42,748 nucleotides of DNA from Candidatus Brocadiia bacterium (GTDB taxonomy: Bacteria > Planctomycetota > PUPC01 > DSUN01), in the NCBI GenBank assembly GCA_016782825.1, contig JADHXT010000001.1, positions 1-42,748 of the forward strand. The letters run 5' to 3'. Below are positions 18,773 through 26,531 of this stretch, one piece after another (position 1 is the stretch's first letter; each line of letters begins with the position of its first letter). The notes under the pieces are model-generated. The model was not told where the DNA came from. It ran no database searches and saw only the letters and a program-made list of their open reading frames with translations. The position numbers and the translations under genes are program-made.

Positions 18773-19785
18773 CCGCACAGGCGCAGCAGCAGGTGTTCGA
18801 GGGTGTCGCGCGGGGGCCGGGCGCTGGTCTTGGTGTCGATGTCGGCATCGACCAGCAGGTCGAAGCCGCGGAGCAGTTCGGCCCGGCTGCGCTGGCCGGC
18901 CTGGCGGAGGAGCTGGTCGAGGAAGTAGCCCTGGCTCATGCGAAGGGTCTTGGCGATCTTCCCCTGGGGGGCGCCGGCGTCGAGCAGCGTGCGAGCGTTG
19001 ATGAGGCGTTCCATGGCCCATCGGACCATGCTGATGATGTAGTTGGGCTCGTTGTTTTGCTCGAGGAGGTTGTCGAGCACGCGGAGGGCCTTGGCGGGGT
19101 CGCGGGTGCCGACGGCGTCGGTGAGGCGGAAGATGGTGGTGACGGGGAGGTCTTCGACGAGGGCGTCGACGTCGGCTTCGGTGATGGCGTCGCGATCGCC
19201 GATGTAGAGGGCCAGCTTGGCGAGAGTCTGGTCGAGGACGGGCAGGTTGACCCCCACGCATTCGGCGAGGCGGTTGGCGGCTCGGCCGTCGAGGCGCTTG
19301 TCGTGGGCGCGGGCGCGGAAGGCGATCCAGCCGGGCAGGTCGCGGTCGCGAGGGGCCTGGCAGGCGATGGCCATGCCCACCTTGCGGACGGCCTTGCCGA
19401 GGCGGGTGTTCCGGGGCAGGCTCTTGGCCACGAGGGCGAGGACGCCGGCCTTGGAGGGCTTGTCGAGGTAGCCCACGAGCGCCTCGGCCGAGCGGCTGAG
19501 CCATTGGGCCGTGTCTTCGAGCACCACGAGGCGGAGCGGGGCGAGGAACGACCGGGTGCGCAGCTCGTCGAAAAGCTCGGCGGGGGAGGGGATGTCGTTG
19601 CCCGAGTACTGGCTGAGGGCCATGTCGGGCGGTGTGTCTTTGAGGATGGCCTTGCGCAGTGCGGCGATGGCTTGGCCGCGGGCGAAAGGCTCCTCGCCGG
19701 TGATGCCGTAGACGGGCAGCGGCTCGTCGTCGGCGAGGTGCGTGGCGAGGTCCTGGTAGTCGGGTTCGGGGGCGCGTCTGGCCAC
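18769..19785 (-). CDS. holA: DNA polymerase III subunit delta
   Basis: PVYGITGEEPFARGQAIAALRKA...LRLVVLEDTAQW...VTTIFRLTDAVGTRDPAKALRVLDNLL matches the HolA layout. It uses a GTG start at 19785, 9 nt after the upstream oxidoreductase stop. Its stop shares the palindrome CTAG (18769-18772) with the convergent J-domain gene. Confidence 0.85.
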   Translation of the reverse strand: MARRAPEPDYQDLATHLADDEPLPVYGITGEEPFARGQAIAALRKAILKDTPPDMALSQYSGNDIPSPAELFDELRTRSFLAPLRLVVLEDTAQWLSRSAEALVGYLDKPSKAGVLALVAKSLPRNTRLGKAVRKVGMAIACQAPRDRDLPGWIAFRARAHDKRLDGRAANRLAECVGVNLPVLDQTLAKLALYIGDRDAITEADVDALVEDLPVTTIFRLTDAVGTRDPAKALRVLDNLLEQNNEPNYIISMVRWAMERLINARTLLDAGAPQGKIAKTLRMSQGYFLDQLLRQAGQRSRAELLRGFDLLVDADIDTKTSARPPRDTLEHLLLRLCG

Positions 19786-19794
19786 GGGGATGCC

Positions 19795-21081
19795 CTAGAG
19801 GATGATCTTCTGGTTCTTGTGGTCGAAGCGGGCCACCTTGTTTTCGCGGTGCGAGAGGATGGCCATGTTGAGCGGCGCCTGCACCTTGGCCGCCATGGAC
19901 ACGGGGCTGAGCGGCTGCTGGCGCGTCTTCACGCATTCGAGAAGGTTCGTCCACAGCAGGCCGGTGTTGCCCATACCCGACCATTTGATGGTGTGGGAGG
20001 GCTCCTTGGCCTTGTGGGGCGTGATGACGATGCCCTGACGCTCGAAGGTGCAGATACCGTTTGTGCCCCGGAGGATGGTGTCGGCCACCACGCCGCCGCC
20101 GGCGGGGTGGCGCAGGGGGGTGGCGTTGGAGAGGGAGTTGGCGAGCACGATGCTCGGGCCGCCGGGGTAGTCGATGATCATGTTGCACTGGTCGGGCACT
20201 TCGCGCAGGCCGCCGTACTGGAACATGCCGCCGCCACCGAGCACGCGGTCGGGGTAGCCGAGCTCCAGCACGCGGAACACGGGCGTGAACACGTGCACCA
20301 GCAGGTCGGTGGAGGGGCCGCCGGCGTAATCCCAGAAGAGCCGCCAGCGGAAGAAGCGGTCGGCGCTGAAGGGCACCCTGGGCGCGTCGCCGAGGAACTG
20401 GCCCCAATCGAGGTCGGGGCCGGGCTTGGCGTTGCGGTCGGGCACACCCATGCCGGCCTCACCCCAATCGCCTCGGCGGAAGAAGCCGGCCTGGGCGTGT
20501 ACCACCTTGCCGATGATGCCCTGCTTGATCAGCTCGGCGGCCTGGGCGTGGGCGCTGCCGGCCATGTACTGGGTGCCCACCTGCACGATGCGCTGGCGCT
20601 GGGCGGCGTCCTGGGCGAGCTGGCGTGCGAGGTCGAACTGGGTCCAGTGGGTCAGCGGCTTCTCGCAATACACGTCTTTGCCGGCGCGGACGGCGTTGAT
20701 GGCCTGCGGGGCGTGATGGCGGTCGGGCGAGGCGATGCACACCACGTCCACGTTGGGGTCCTCGAGCAGCTCGCGGTGGTCGCGGTAGGGCTTGCCGCCG
20801 GTGCGTTTGGCCGCGGCGCGGACGCGCGGGCCGTAGACGTCGCACACGGCCACGGGCTCCACCGCCTGCCCCTGCTCCTTGAGATGGAGCACGATGCCCA
20901 TGTGGGCGCCGCAGCGGCCGCCGGTGCCGATGAAGCCCACGCCGATGCGGTCGTTGGCCCCCTTGGCCCCCTCGGCGGCGAGGGTGAAGGCCGGCTTCAG
21001 CGCCACGGCCCCCGCAACGGCCCCGAGGCCAGTGAGGAACCGGCGGCGCCCCAGGCGCGACGTGGTCTTGCTGCTTGGCAT
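19795..21081 (-). CDS. Gfo/Idh/MocA family oxidoreductase with twin-arginine (TAT) signal
   Basis: MPSSKTTSRLGRRRFLTGLGAVAGAVAL is a TAT motif. It is followed by IGVGFIGTGGRCGAHM...DVVCIASPDRHHAPQAINAVRAGKDVYCEKPL. GGAGG lies 9 nt before the ATG at 21081. The upstream part of track ORF 19795..21525 is non-coding. Confidence 0.88.
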   Translation of the reverse strand: MPSSKTTSRLGRRRFLTGLGAVAGAVALKPAFTLAAEGAKGANDRIGVGFIGTGGRCGAHMGIVLHLKEQGQAVEPVAVCDVYGPRVRAAAKRTGGKPYRDHRELLEDPNVDVVCIASPDRHHAPQAINAVRAGKDVYCEKPLTHWTQFDLARQLAQDAAQRQRIVQVGTQYMAGSAHAQAAELIKQGIIGKVVHAQAGFFRRGDWGEAGMGVPDRNAKPGPDLDWGQFLGDAPRVPFSADRFFRWRLFWDYAGGPSTDLLVHVFTPVFRVLELGYPDRVLGGGGMFQYGGLREVPDQCNMIIDYPGGPSIVLANSLSNATPLRHPAGGGVVADTILRGTNGICTFERQGIVITPHKAKEPSHTIKWSGMGNTGLLWTNLLECVKTRQQPLSPVSMAAKVQAPLNMAILSHRENKVARFDHKNQKIIL

Positions 21082-21148
21082 GTGCAGGGCCTCCGCGACG
21101 TGTGTTTCACCCCAGTGGCGTTGCCGCCGTGCCCGATGGCACGACACC

Positions 21149-21177
21149 GTTATAGTGCCAAGCGACGTGGGAGTCAA
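21149..21177 (-). promoter_or_regulatory. Putative sigma70 promoter of the TAT oxidoreductase-holA unit (TTGACT-17-TATAAC)
   Basis: The minus strand has TTGACT (21177-21172) and TATAAC (21154-21149), with a 17-nt spacer. Confidence 0.35.
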
Positions 21178-21377
21178 CCTGCGAACGGCTGTCGGCTGCC
21201 AGGAGGGAACGCGGCGTGGGGACACACCGCCCACGAAGAGGGGCGGCTTCGGGTGCCGGGGGTTGGGGGTTGGAGAGACCGCGTGAACGCGGGACTCCGA
21301 ACGCAGAGACTCTGGCTTGGTTGGGAGTCCCGCCTTCAGGCGGTCCGTGTGGGCGGGATGTCCCCATCCCGCGTCTC

Positions 21378-21406
21378 GAGCAACTACGGAGCAACAGCAA
21401 AGCAAC
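21378..21406. repeat. Three direct 11-nt-spaced copies of GAGCAAC (the third is AAGCAAC), plus an inverted copy at 21484-21490
   Basis: GAGCAAC at 21378 and 21389, and AAGCAAC at 21400. GTTGCTC at 21484-21490 is the reverse complement. The copies flank the AT-rich stretch 21413-21445. Confidence 0.7.
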
Positions 21407-21789
21407 TCGGAGCGTTTTTCGCCACTTTTTTTCATCGCTGTAAGTCGCCGCCACACATAGCGTTCGGCCGATCTGGCCTTCGAGTTGCTCCGGCGGGAAC
21501 TTCGGCAGCGAGCGACTCGCCGCATTAAGTAGGGGGAGAGATCCCCGGCGGCACCGGCTCAATGCGGTGCCGCCACGTCGGCAGTCGCTCGGGCCGTCCC
21601 GGCTTCGCCCGGCGTGGGAGGTCTCCCCGTCCACGGTTCCGACCTTGCCGGCGTCCGCCTATGACTTGCCTTTACAGGCGGTTCCAAGCCAAACGTCGCG
21701 GGCCACAAAGGGGCTCGGGGCGCGGGCCGGGAAGGGGCGCGTGGGCCAGCGGTGCACCGCTGCCGCGCTCTTTGACAATCCGGTAAGAC

Positions 21790-21970
21790 GGGAAGGGGGA
21801 AAGTGAAGGGGGAAGCGAACGCGTGACGCGTGATCGGAGAAGCGAAGGCGCAACCCGATTGGCGTCTGTGCGGGCGGGCCGTTTTCGTGGGCTGCGTAGC
21901 CTCGGCGAAGCAGGCTGCCCCGCGTTTGCTTCTTCCCCTTTCACCCTCCCTTTCCCTTTCACCTTCACTC
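21790..21970. repeat. Imperfect inverted repeat: a purine-rich block (GGGAAGGGGGAAAGTGAAGGGGGAAGCGAA) facing a pyrimidine-rich block (TTGCTTCTTCCCCTTTCACCCTCCCTTTCCCTTTCACCTTCAC)
   Basis: Read directly. The reverse complement of the right block (…GTGAAAGGGGAAGAAGCAA) matches the left block (GTGAAGGGGGAAGCGAA) with indels. The intervening ~110 nt contain ACGCGTG x2 and GAAGCGAA x2. Confidence 0.6.
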
Positions 21971-21993
21971 GCCGCCTCGGCGGGGCGCGGTTC

Positions 21994-22022
21994 TTGACGC
22001 CGCTCGTGCCGTGGCGTATGCT
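21994..22022 (+). promoter_or_regulatory. Putative promoter of the GNAT gene (TTGACG-17-TATGCT)
   Basis: -35 at 21994-21999 and -10 at 22017-22022. AAGGAG at 22048-22053 lies 6 nt before the GTG at 22060. Confidence 0.3.
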
Positions 22023-22059
22023 ACCGCACGCCAGCCGCCGTGGATACAAGGAGCCGAGC

Positions 22060-22632
22060 GTGGAGCATCTGCCCGTCTTCATGGTGCGGGACAGCCTGGA
22101 CGACGTGCCGCAGTTCGACCTGCCGGCGCCGTTTGCCGTGCGCCGCTACCGGCCCGGCGACGCGGCGACGTGGCTGCGGATTCAGAAGGCGTCGGACCGC
22201 TACAGCATCTTCCCCTACGAGAAGTTCGCCCAGCAGTTCGGCGCCGACGATGGTGTGCTGGCCGAGCGCCAGCTCTTCCTGTGCGACGGCGAGGGCCGCG
22301 AGGTCGGCACCGTGACGGCCTGGTTTGCCGATCACCGCGGCGTGCCCCACGGGCGCATCCACTGGGTGGCCATCGTGCCCGACATGCAGGGCCGCGGCCT
22401 GGCCAAGCCCATGCTCGGCGCCGCGTGCAGCCGCCTGCGCGAGCTGGGCCACCCCCGCGCCTTCCTCGACAGCCAGACCATGCGCGTGCCCGCCCTCAAC
22501 CTCTACCTCAAGTTTGGCTTCCGCCCCGACATCCGCCACGACGACGACCTCCGCGCGTGGCGGCTCGTGGGACCCCACCTGAAGCCCACCTACTGGCAGT
22601 GGGCCGTGGCTTGCGTTCCCGAGTTGGCTTGA
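22060..22632 (+). CDS. GNAT family N-acetyltransferase
   Basis: ...GRIHWVAIVPDMQGRGLAKPMLGAACSRLRELG...LNLYLKFGFR is the acetyl-CoA binding Q/RxxGxG/A motif. The start is GTG at 22060 (good RBS) or ATG at 22081. Confidence 0.8.
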   Translation: MEHLPVFMVRDSLDDVPQFDLPAPFAVRRYRPGDAATWLRIQKASDRYSIFPYEKFAQQFGADDGVLAERQLFLCDGEGREVGTVTAWFADHRGVPHGRIHWVAIVPDMQGRGLAKPMLGAACSRLRELGHPRAFLDSQTMRVPALNLYLKFGFRPDIRHDDDLRAWRLVGPHLKPTYWQWAVACVPELA

Positions 22633-22757
22633 CCGCGGCAGGCGGGCCGCGGGCCAGCTTCACCGTTGGTTGACATGCGGGGGCGGTGTACTGTAATCTC
22701 GATGGGCAGAACCCGTCACCCTCCCCCCCCTCGCAGCGGCACAGATAGGGCTTGCAC

Positions 22758-25262
22758 ATGGAGAATCGTGGCCACGCGGCCCCCGGCATTCGCGCCTTCC
22801 CGCTGGCGATCATCGCGCTGCTGCTGATCGTGCCCTTCCTGAATCTCGAATTCACCTTCTATCGCATGACCCTCAAGCTGTTCGTCTTCCAGACGGCGGT
22901 GACGCTGCTGTGGTGCGCTCTGGGCATCCAGTGGGTCTCGGGGCCGCGCCGCGCGCTGGGGTGGCCGGCGTGGTGGCTGGTGGCGCCGCTGGCGGCGCGG
23001 GTGGTGTGGGGCGCGCTCACGCGGTTGTGGTCGCCGCAGCCGGGGCTGGCGGCAGGTTGGGTGGTGCAGGGCGCCTACGGGCTGGCGGGCGCCGTGGGGC
23101 TGAGCCTGCTGCTGCGCGAGCGCGAGGCGCGCGAGATGACCGTCAAGGCGGCCGGCGCCGTGGCGTTTGTGCTGGCGCTGTGGATGGTCGTGGCGTTCGA
23201 GTACCGCGCGGCGGGGTTTTTCGGCGACCGCGACCTCGTGGGACGCGACGTGGGCGCGGCCTTCCTCCTGATTCCCACGCTGGTGGCCGCGGCGGCGCTC
23301 TACGGCAGCCGCCGTGCCGACGACGAAGAAGAACGCGACTACCGCACCGTGCTCTCGGCGGCCGTGCTGCTGGTGGTGCTGCTGGCGGCGGGCCTCCGTG
23401 CAAGCGTGGCGGCGTGGCTCACCGGCCTGGGCATCGGCGTGGCCGTGGTGGTGTGGCTGCTGCTGCCGCGCTGGCGCATCCTGGCGCCGCTGGTGGCCGC
23501 TCTCGTGGTGGTGGTGGCGGCGCAGCGCGAGGCGACCCAGGCCCAGTGGACCCAGGGCGAGTTTGTGGATACCTACGCCGCCCGGCAGGCGCGGCTGGAC
23601 CGCGCCGACCGCCAGTTGTGGAGGAGCCAGCCGCTCCTCCAGCGCCTCGCGGGCAGCGGCGTGGGCACGTTTTTCGTCGCCTACGACCACAGCCGCCCGC
23701 TCGACACGTTTGCCGCGCTGCGGGGCGACGGCCTCATCGACCACGCGCGCCGCCAGGTGAGCGAGGTGCTCTTCGAGCGCGGCATCGTGGGCGTGCTGCT
23801 GGCGCTGGCCGCCGGCGCGGCCTGCGTGGCGGCGGGGGTGATGTGCTCGCGGCGGGCACGGGACGAGTTGGACTCGGTCCTCGGCGCGGGCCTCGGCGCG
23901 GGCGTGCTGGCCTTGGGCGTCTTCGCCTGTGCGTCCAACGGCGCCATCGGTTTCGGCGCCAGCATGATGTTCTGGATCGGCGTGGGCGTTCTGGGCTCGC
24001 TCACGGCGCTCTACGGGCGCGAGGCCGGCCTGGGGCACTCGACGGAGGAAGAGGCCTATCGCACGGAGCGGCGGCCGACGCGCCGTGGCGGGCGCCTGGC
24101 GGTCTGTGTGGGCGGCGGCGTGGTGGCGGTGGTGCTGTGGTTTGCCGTCGGCGCCCAGCCGTTCCTGGCCGAAGTGCGCCTGCGCGAGGGCGTGGAAGAG
24201 CACACTGCCCTCACGGCCCTCATCAAGCAATACAAGCGGCTGATCGAGCGGAGGGACGAGTTCTCACCCAACGAGTTGCGCTATCTGGCGCTGCGACGCG
24301 AGGCCCGCACCCGCCCCGCCGCGGCCGCCGAGGCCGAGGCCCTCGCACAGAAGCTGCCGCGCAAGCTGGTCGAGCGCCTCGAGGCGTTCATCGAATCCGT
24401 GCAAGTCGGCCGCATCGGCCTGCTCGAATCGGCCCGGCGCACCCGCGAGCAGTTCCTCCAGGCCGCGCGCCTGAGCCTGGGCGACCGCGTGTGGCTCACC
24501 GCGCAGGTCAACCTGCTGCGGTATGCGATCGACCGTTTCGCCATGGACGCCAGGAACCGCGAGGAAGTCCTGGGCATTGCCGAGCGTGTGGAGGGCTCCT
24601 GCGGCCCCCTGTTCACCCTCGACGTGGAGGTGGCCCGCTTCCAGCTCGCCACCGGCCAATTCGACGATGCACACAGACGGTTCCGCCGCTACGCCCGCAA
24701 GAACCCCTTTGCAGCGACCGATGCCCTCAAGCGCTCGAACACCGACGTGTATCGCTACTGGGCGATGATGATCGCCATCCGCCATCAGGCCGGCGACCCG
24801 CGCGCCGTGGCATGGGCGCAGGACTTCGAGGACGCTGCCCGTCGCGGCATCCGGTTCGACGGCTCCCGCTACGCGCTGCTCATGCACTGGGGCAAGCTGC
24901 TCTACCAGCTTGGTCGCACGGAAGAGGCATACACGCACATGTACCGCGCGCTCGATGTCATCGAGGGCCAGTTGGCCTACCGCCGCCCCCGGATGATGCA
25001 GGCCGATCTGCTGCTCGACGCGGCGGCCGCGGCGCTGCCCTGGGACCCCGAGATGGCGCTCGGCCTGGCGGGCCAAGTGTTCATGATCGGCATCGACCCG
25101 GCCAAGCCCGAGAACGCGCGGCTCGTGCAGCGTGCCCTCGCGATCATCCGCGTCGTGGGGCCGCCCCCGCCGCCGCGCCGCCGCTCCCGCCCGGCCAACT
25201 TGCCCACGATGCGGCCCAAGGGTGGGGCCGCCGGCGCTGACGCCGACGCCCAAGCCCCATAG
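22758..25262 (+). CDS. O-antigen ligase (Wzy_C)-like polytopic membrane protein with a C-terminal TPR-like helical domain
   Basis: There are about 10 predicted TM helices. The periplasmic loop carries LAGSGVGTFFVAYDH, which resembles the GxGxGxF motif of O-antigen-ligase-like proteins. The C-terminal ~370 aa are helical-repeat-like with a Pro/Arg tail. The ATG is at 22758; the track start at 22752 is a TTG. Confidence 0.65.
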   Translation: MENRGHAAPGIRAFPLAIIALLLIVPFLNLEFTFYRMTLKLFVFQTAVTLLWCALGIQWVSGPRRALGWPAWWLVAPLAARVVWGALTRLWSPQPGLAAGWVVQGAYGLAGAVGLSLLLREREAREMTVKAAGAVAFVLALWMVVAFEYRAAGFFGDRDLVGRDVGAAFLLIPTLVAAAALYGSRRADDEEERDYRTVLSAAVLLVVLLAAGLRASVAAWLTGLGIGVAVVVWLLLPRWRILAPLVAALVVVVAAQREATQAQWTQGEFVDTYAARQARLDRADRQLWRSQPLLQRLAGSGVGTFFVAYDHSRPLDTFAALRGDGLIDHARRQVSEVLFERGIVGVLLALAAGAACVAAGVMCSRRARDELDSVLGAGLGAGVLALGVFACASNGAIGFGASMMFWIGVGVLGSLTALYGREAGLGHSTEEEAYRTERRPTRRGGRLAVCVGGGVVAVVLWFAVGAQPFLAEVRLREGVEEHTALTALIKQYKRLIERRDEFSPNELRYLALRREARTRPAAAAEAEALAQKLPRKLVERLEAFIESVQVGRIGLLESARRTREQFLQAARLSLGDRVWLTAQVNLLRYAIDRFAMDARNREEVLGIAERVEGSCGPLFTLDVEVARFQLATGQFDDAHRRFRRYARKNPFAATDALKRSNTDVYRYWAMMIAIRHQAGDPRAVAWAQDFEDAARRGIRFDGSRYALLMHWGKLLYQLGRTEEAYTHMYRALDVIEGQLAYRRPRMMQADLLLDAAAAALPWDPEMALGLAGQVFMIGIDPAKPENARLVQRALAIIRVVGPPPPPRRRSRPANLPTMRPKGGAAGADADAQAP

Positions 25263-25294
25263 GACAGATACGACGGATATGACCGATAGGACGC
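25259..25294. repeat. Four tandem nonamers ATAGGACAG/ATACGACGG/ATATGACCG/ATAGGACGC, overlapping the stop codon at 25260-25262
   Basis: Read directly. The consensus is ATAnGACnG. Confidence 0.85.
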
Positions 25295-25458
25295 AGGCCG
25301 TCCGCGCGGCGCGCGAGGCGACGCGAGAGGCGGGGGCTGTCGGCCGCAGGTCGCGCCAGATTGCTCCCCATTCCCGGACCGCGCAAAGCAAGTGATGTAA
25401 TGCAGACCTGACCCCGTTCCCCTCGATCGCTTCTGGGCTCTGCGTTCCGGGGCATCGC

Positions 25459-26232
25459 TTACTCGGCGGCCTGTTCGCCGGCGAGGCAATGCGCTCGGAG
25501 AATCTCCTTGGCGGCTTTGCCGGCGAGGTAGTTCAGGAAAGCCCGAGCGCGCGCCTGGTCAGGGCTGGACTTGAGGGTGGCGATCAGAAGCGGGTCGATG
25601 ATGTTCTGTTCCTGAGGGATGGCGATGACGTCGAGGTCCTTGCGCCCGGACTCGATGATGGCGCACCGCCACGTGATCGCGGCGTGGGCCTTCCCAGCTA
25701 CCAGCGGGTTCAAGACGCCCGTCCTGTTGCCCGTGCGTATGGTCATGTTGGGCTTCACCGTGCCATCGAGCTTGTTCTTGTGGATGATGGCGAGGGCGAC
25801 GTTGCCAATGCACGTCGAGGGGTACGCGACGACGAGGCCCTTGCGAGAGAGCTCAGCGAGGGAGCGGATCTTGTGGGGATTGCCTTTCATCACGGCAATG
25901 ATGGGGACGACGCGCCCGATGCGCTGAGGTGCCGAGTCCAGGAGGCCATCCTCCCTGGCTTTGGCCATGCTGGCGCGGCTGGTGGTGAGGTACAGATCGC
26001 CCTCCTTGAGCGACTGCGCGGTCGGCGTGAAATGATCCCGACAGTGCAGCGGGAGTTGCAGCGAGATGCCGGCCTGCTTCTGGTAGTGGCGGCCGATGGC
26101 GCGGAAGCCGTGGGCCGCATGGTAGACGCAGTAGATGCGCAGGGGCCGCTCGCCCGCCTGAGCCATGGGGCACGAGAGGATAGGCAGAAGCAGCGCGACC
26201 AACAGGATGATGAGGAGTTCAATGTTCTTCAC
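25459..26232 (-). CDS. Periplasmic solute-binding protein, ModA/TupA-like (molybdate/tungstate-type PBP fold), with no adjacent permease or ATPase
   Basis: It has a signal peptide (MKNIELLIILLVALLLPILSCPMAQA). LRIYCVYHAA...DLYLTTS...IIAVMKGNP..IRSLAEL...VAYPST...GNR.GVL...AAITW are patterns typical of type II PBPs of the molybdate-like class. It uses a GTG start at 26232. The family assignment is from memory. Confidence 0.6.
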   Translation of the reverse strand: MKNIELLIILLVALLLPILSCPMAQAGERPLRIYCVYHAAHGFRAIGRHYQKQAGISLQLPLHCRDHFTPTAQSLKEGDLYLTTSRASMAKAREDGLLDSAPQRIGRVVPIIAVMKGNPHKIRSLAELSRKGLVVAYPSTCIGNVALAIIHKNKLDGTVKPNMTIRTGNRTGVLNPLVAGKAHAAITWRCAIIESGRKDLDVIAIPQEQNIIDPLLIATLKSSPDQARARAFLNYLAGKAAKEILRAHCLAGEQAAE

Positions 26233-26462
26233 GGCTCTGTTCTCCCTGAAACATACAAGTTCGAGGACACCATACTTCGTTCCTCCTGGCCTCTCGCACG
26301 GCGTTGACGGCTGCGTGCAGCAAGCAGGGTATCACTGCGGCGCGGGGGAGTCAAGAGCTTGCTCGGAGATGAGGGGGCCGAGACGATGGGAGGCGTCGAA
26401 GATGTCCAGTCCCCGCGGAGCCGAAGGGCTGAGCGGCTGGCCGTGCAGCGGGCAAATGCGGC

Positions 26463-26490
26463 TTGACACCTGCTCAACCTGCCATATAAT
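26463..26490 (+). promoter_or_regulatory. Consensus sigma70 promoter (TTGACA-16-TATAAT) of the rnfE-rnfA operon
   Basis: Perfect -35 (26463-26468) and perfect -10 (26485-26490) hexamers in an otherwise GC-rich genome. GGAGG at 26521-26525 lies 6 nt before the GTG at 26532. Confidence 0.5.
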
Positions 26491-26531
26491 AAGAACTTAC
26501 TATATGCTGGCTCGTCACTCGGAGGCCGCCC

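Noticed and set aside
21180-21990. Known housekeeping RNAs in the gene-free island (RNase P RNA, tmRNA, SRP/4.5S RNA, tRNA).
   Set aside because: I could not find the hallmark motifs on either strand. These are GAGGAAAGTCCGGGC for RNase P, the GGTTCGA-type T-arm with a CCA-proximal acceptor for tRNA and tmRNA, and the CAGGTCCGGAAGGAAGCAGC-like SRP domain IV. This was an eye-scan only, so a covariance-model search is still needed.
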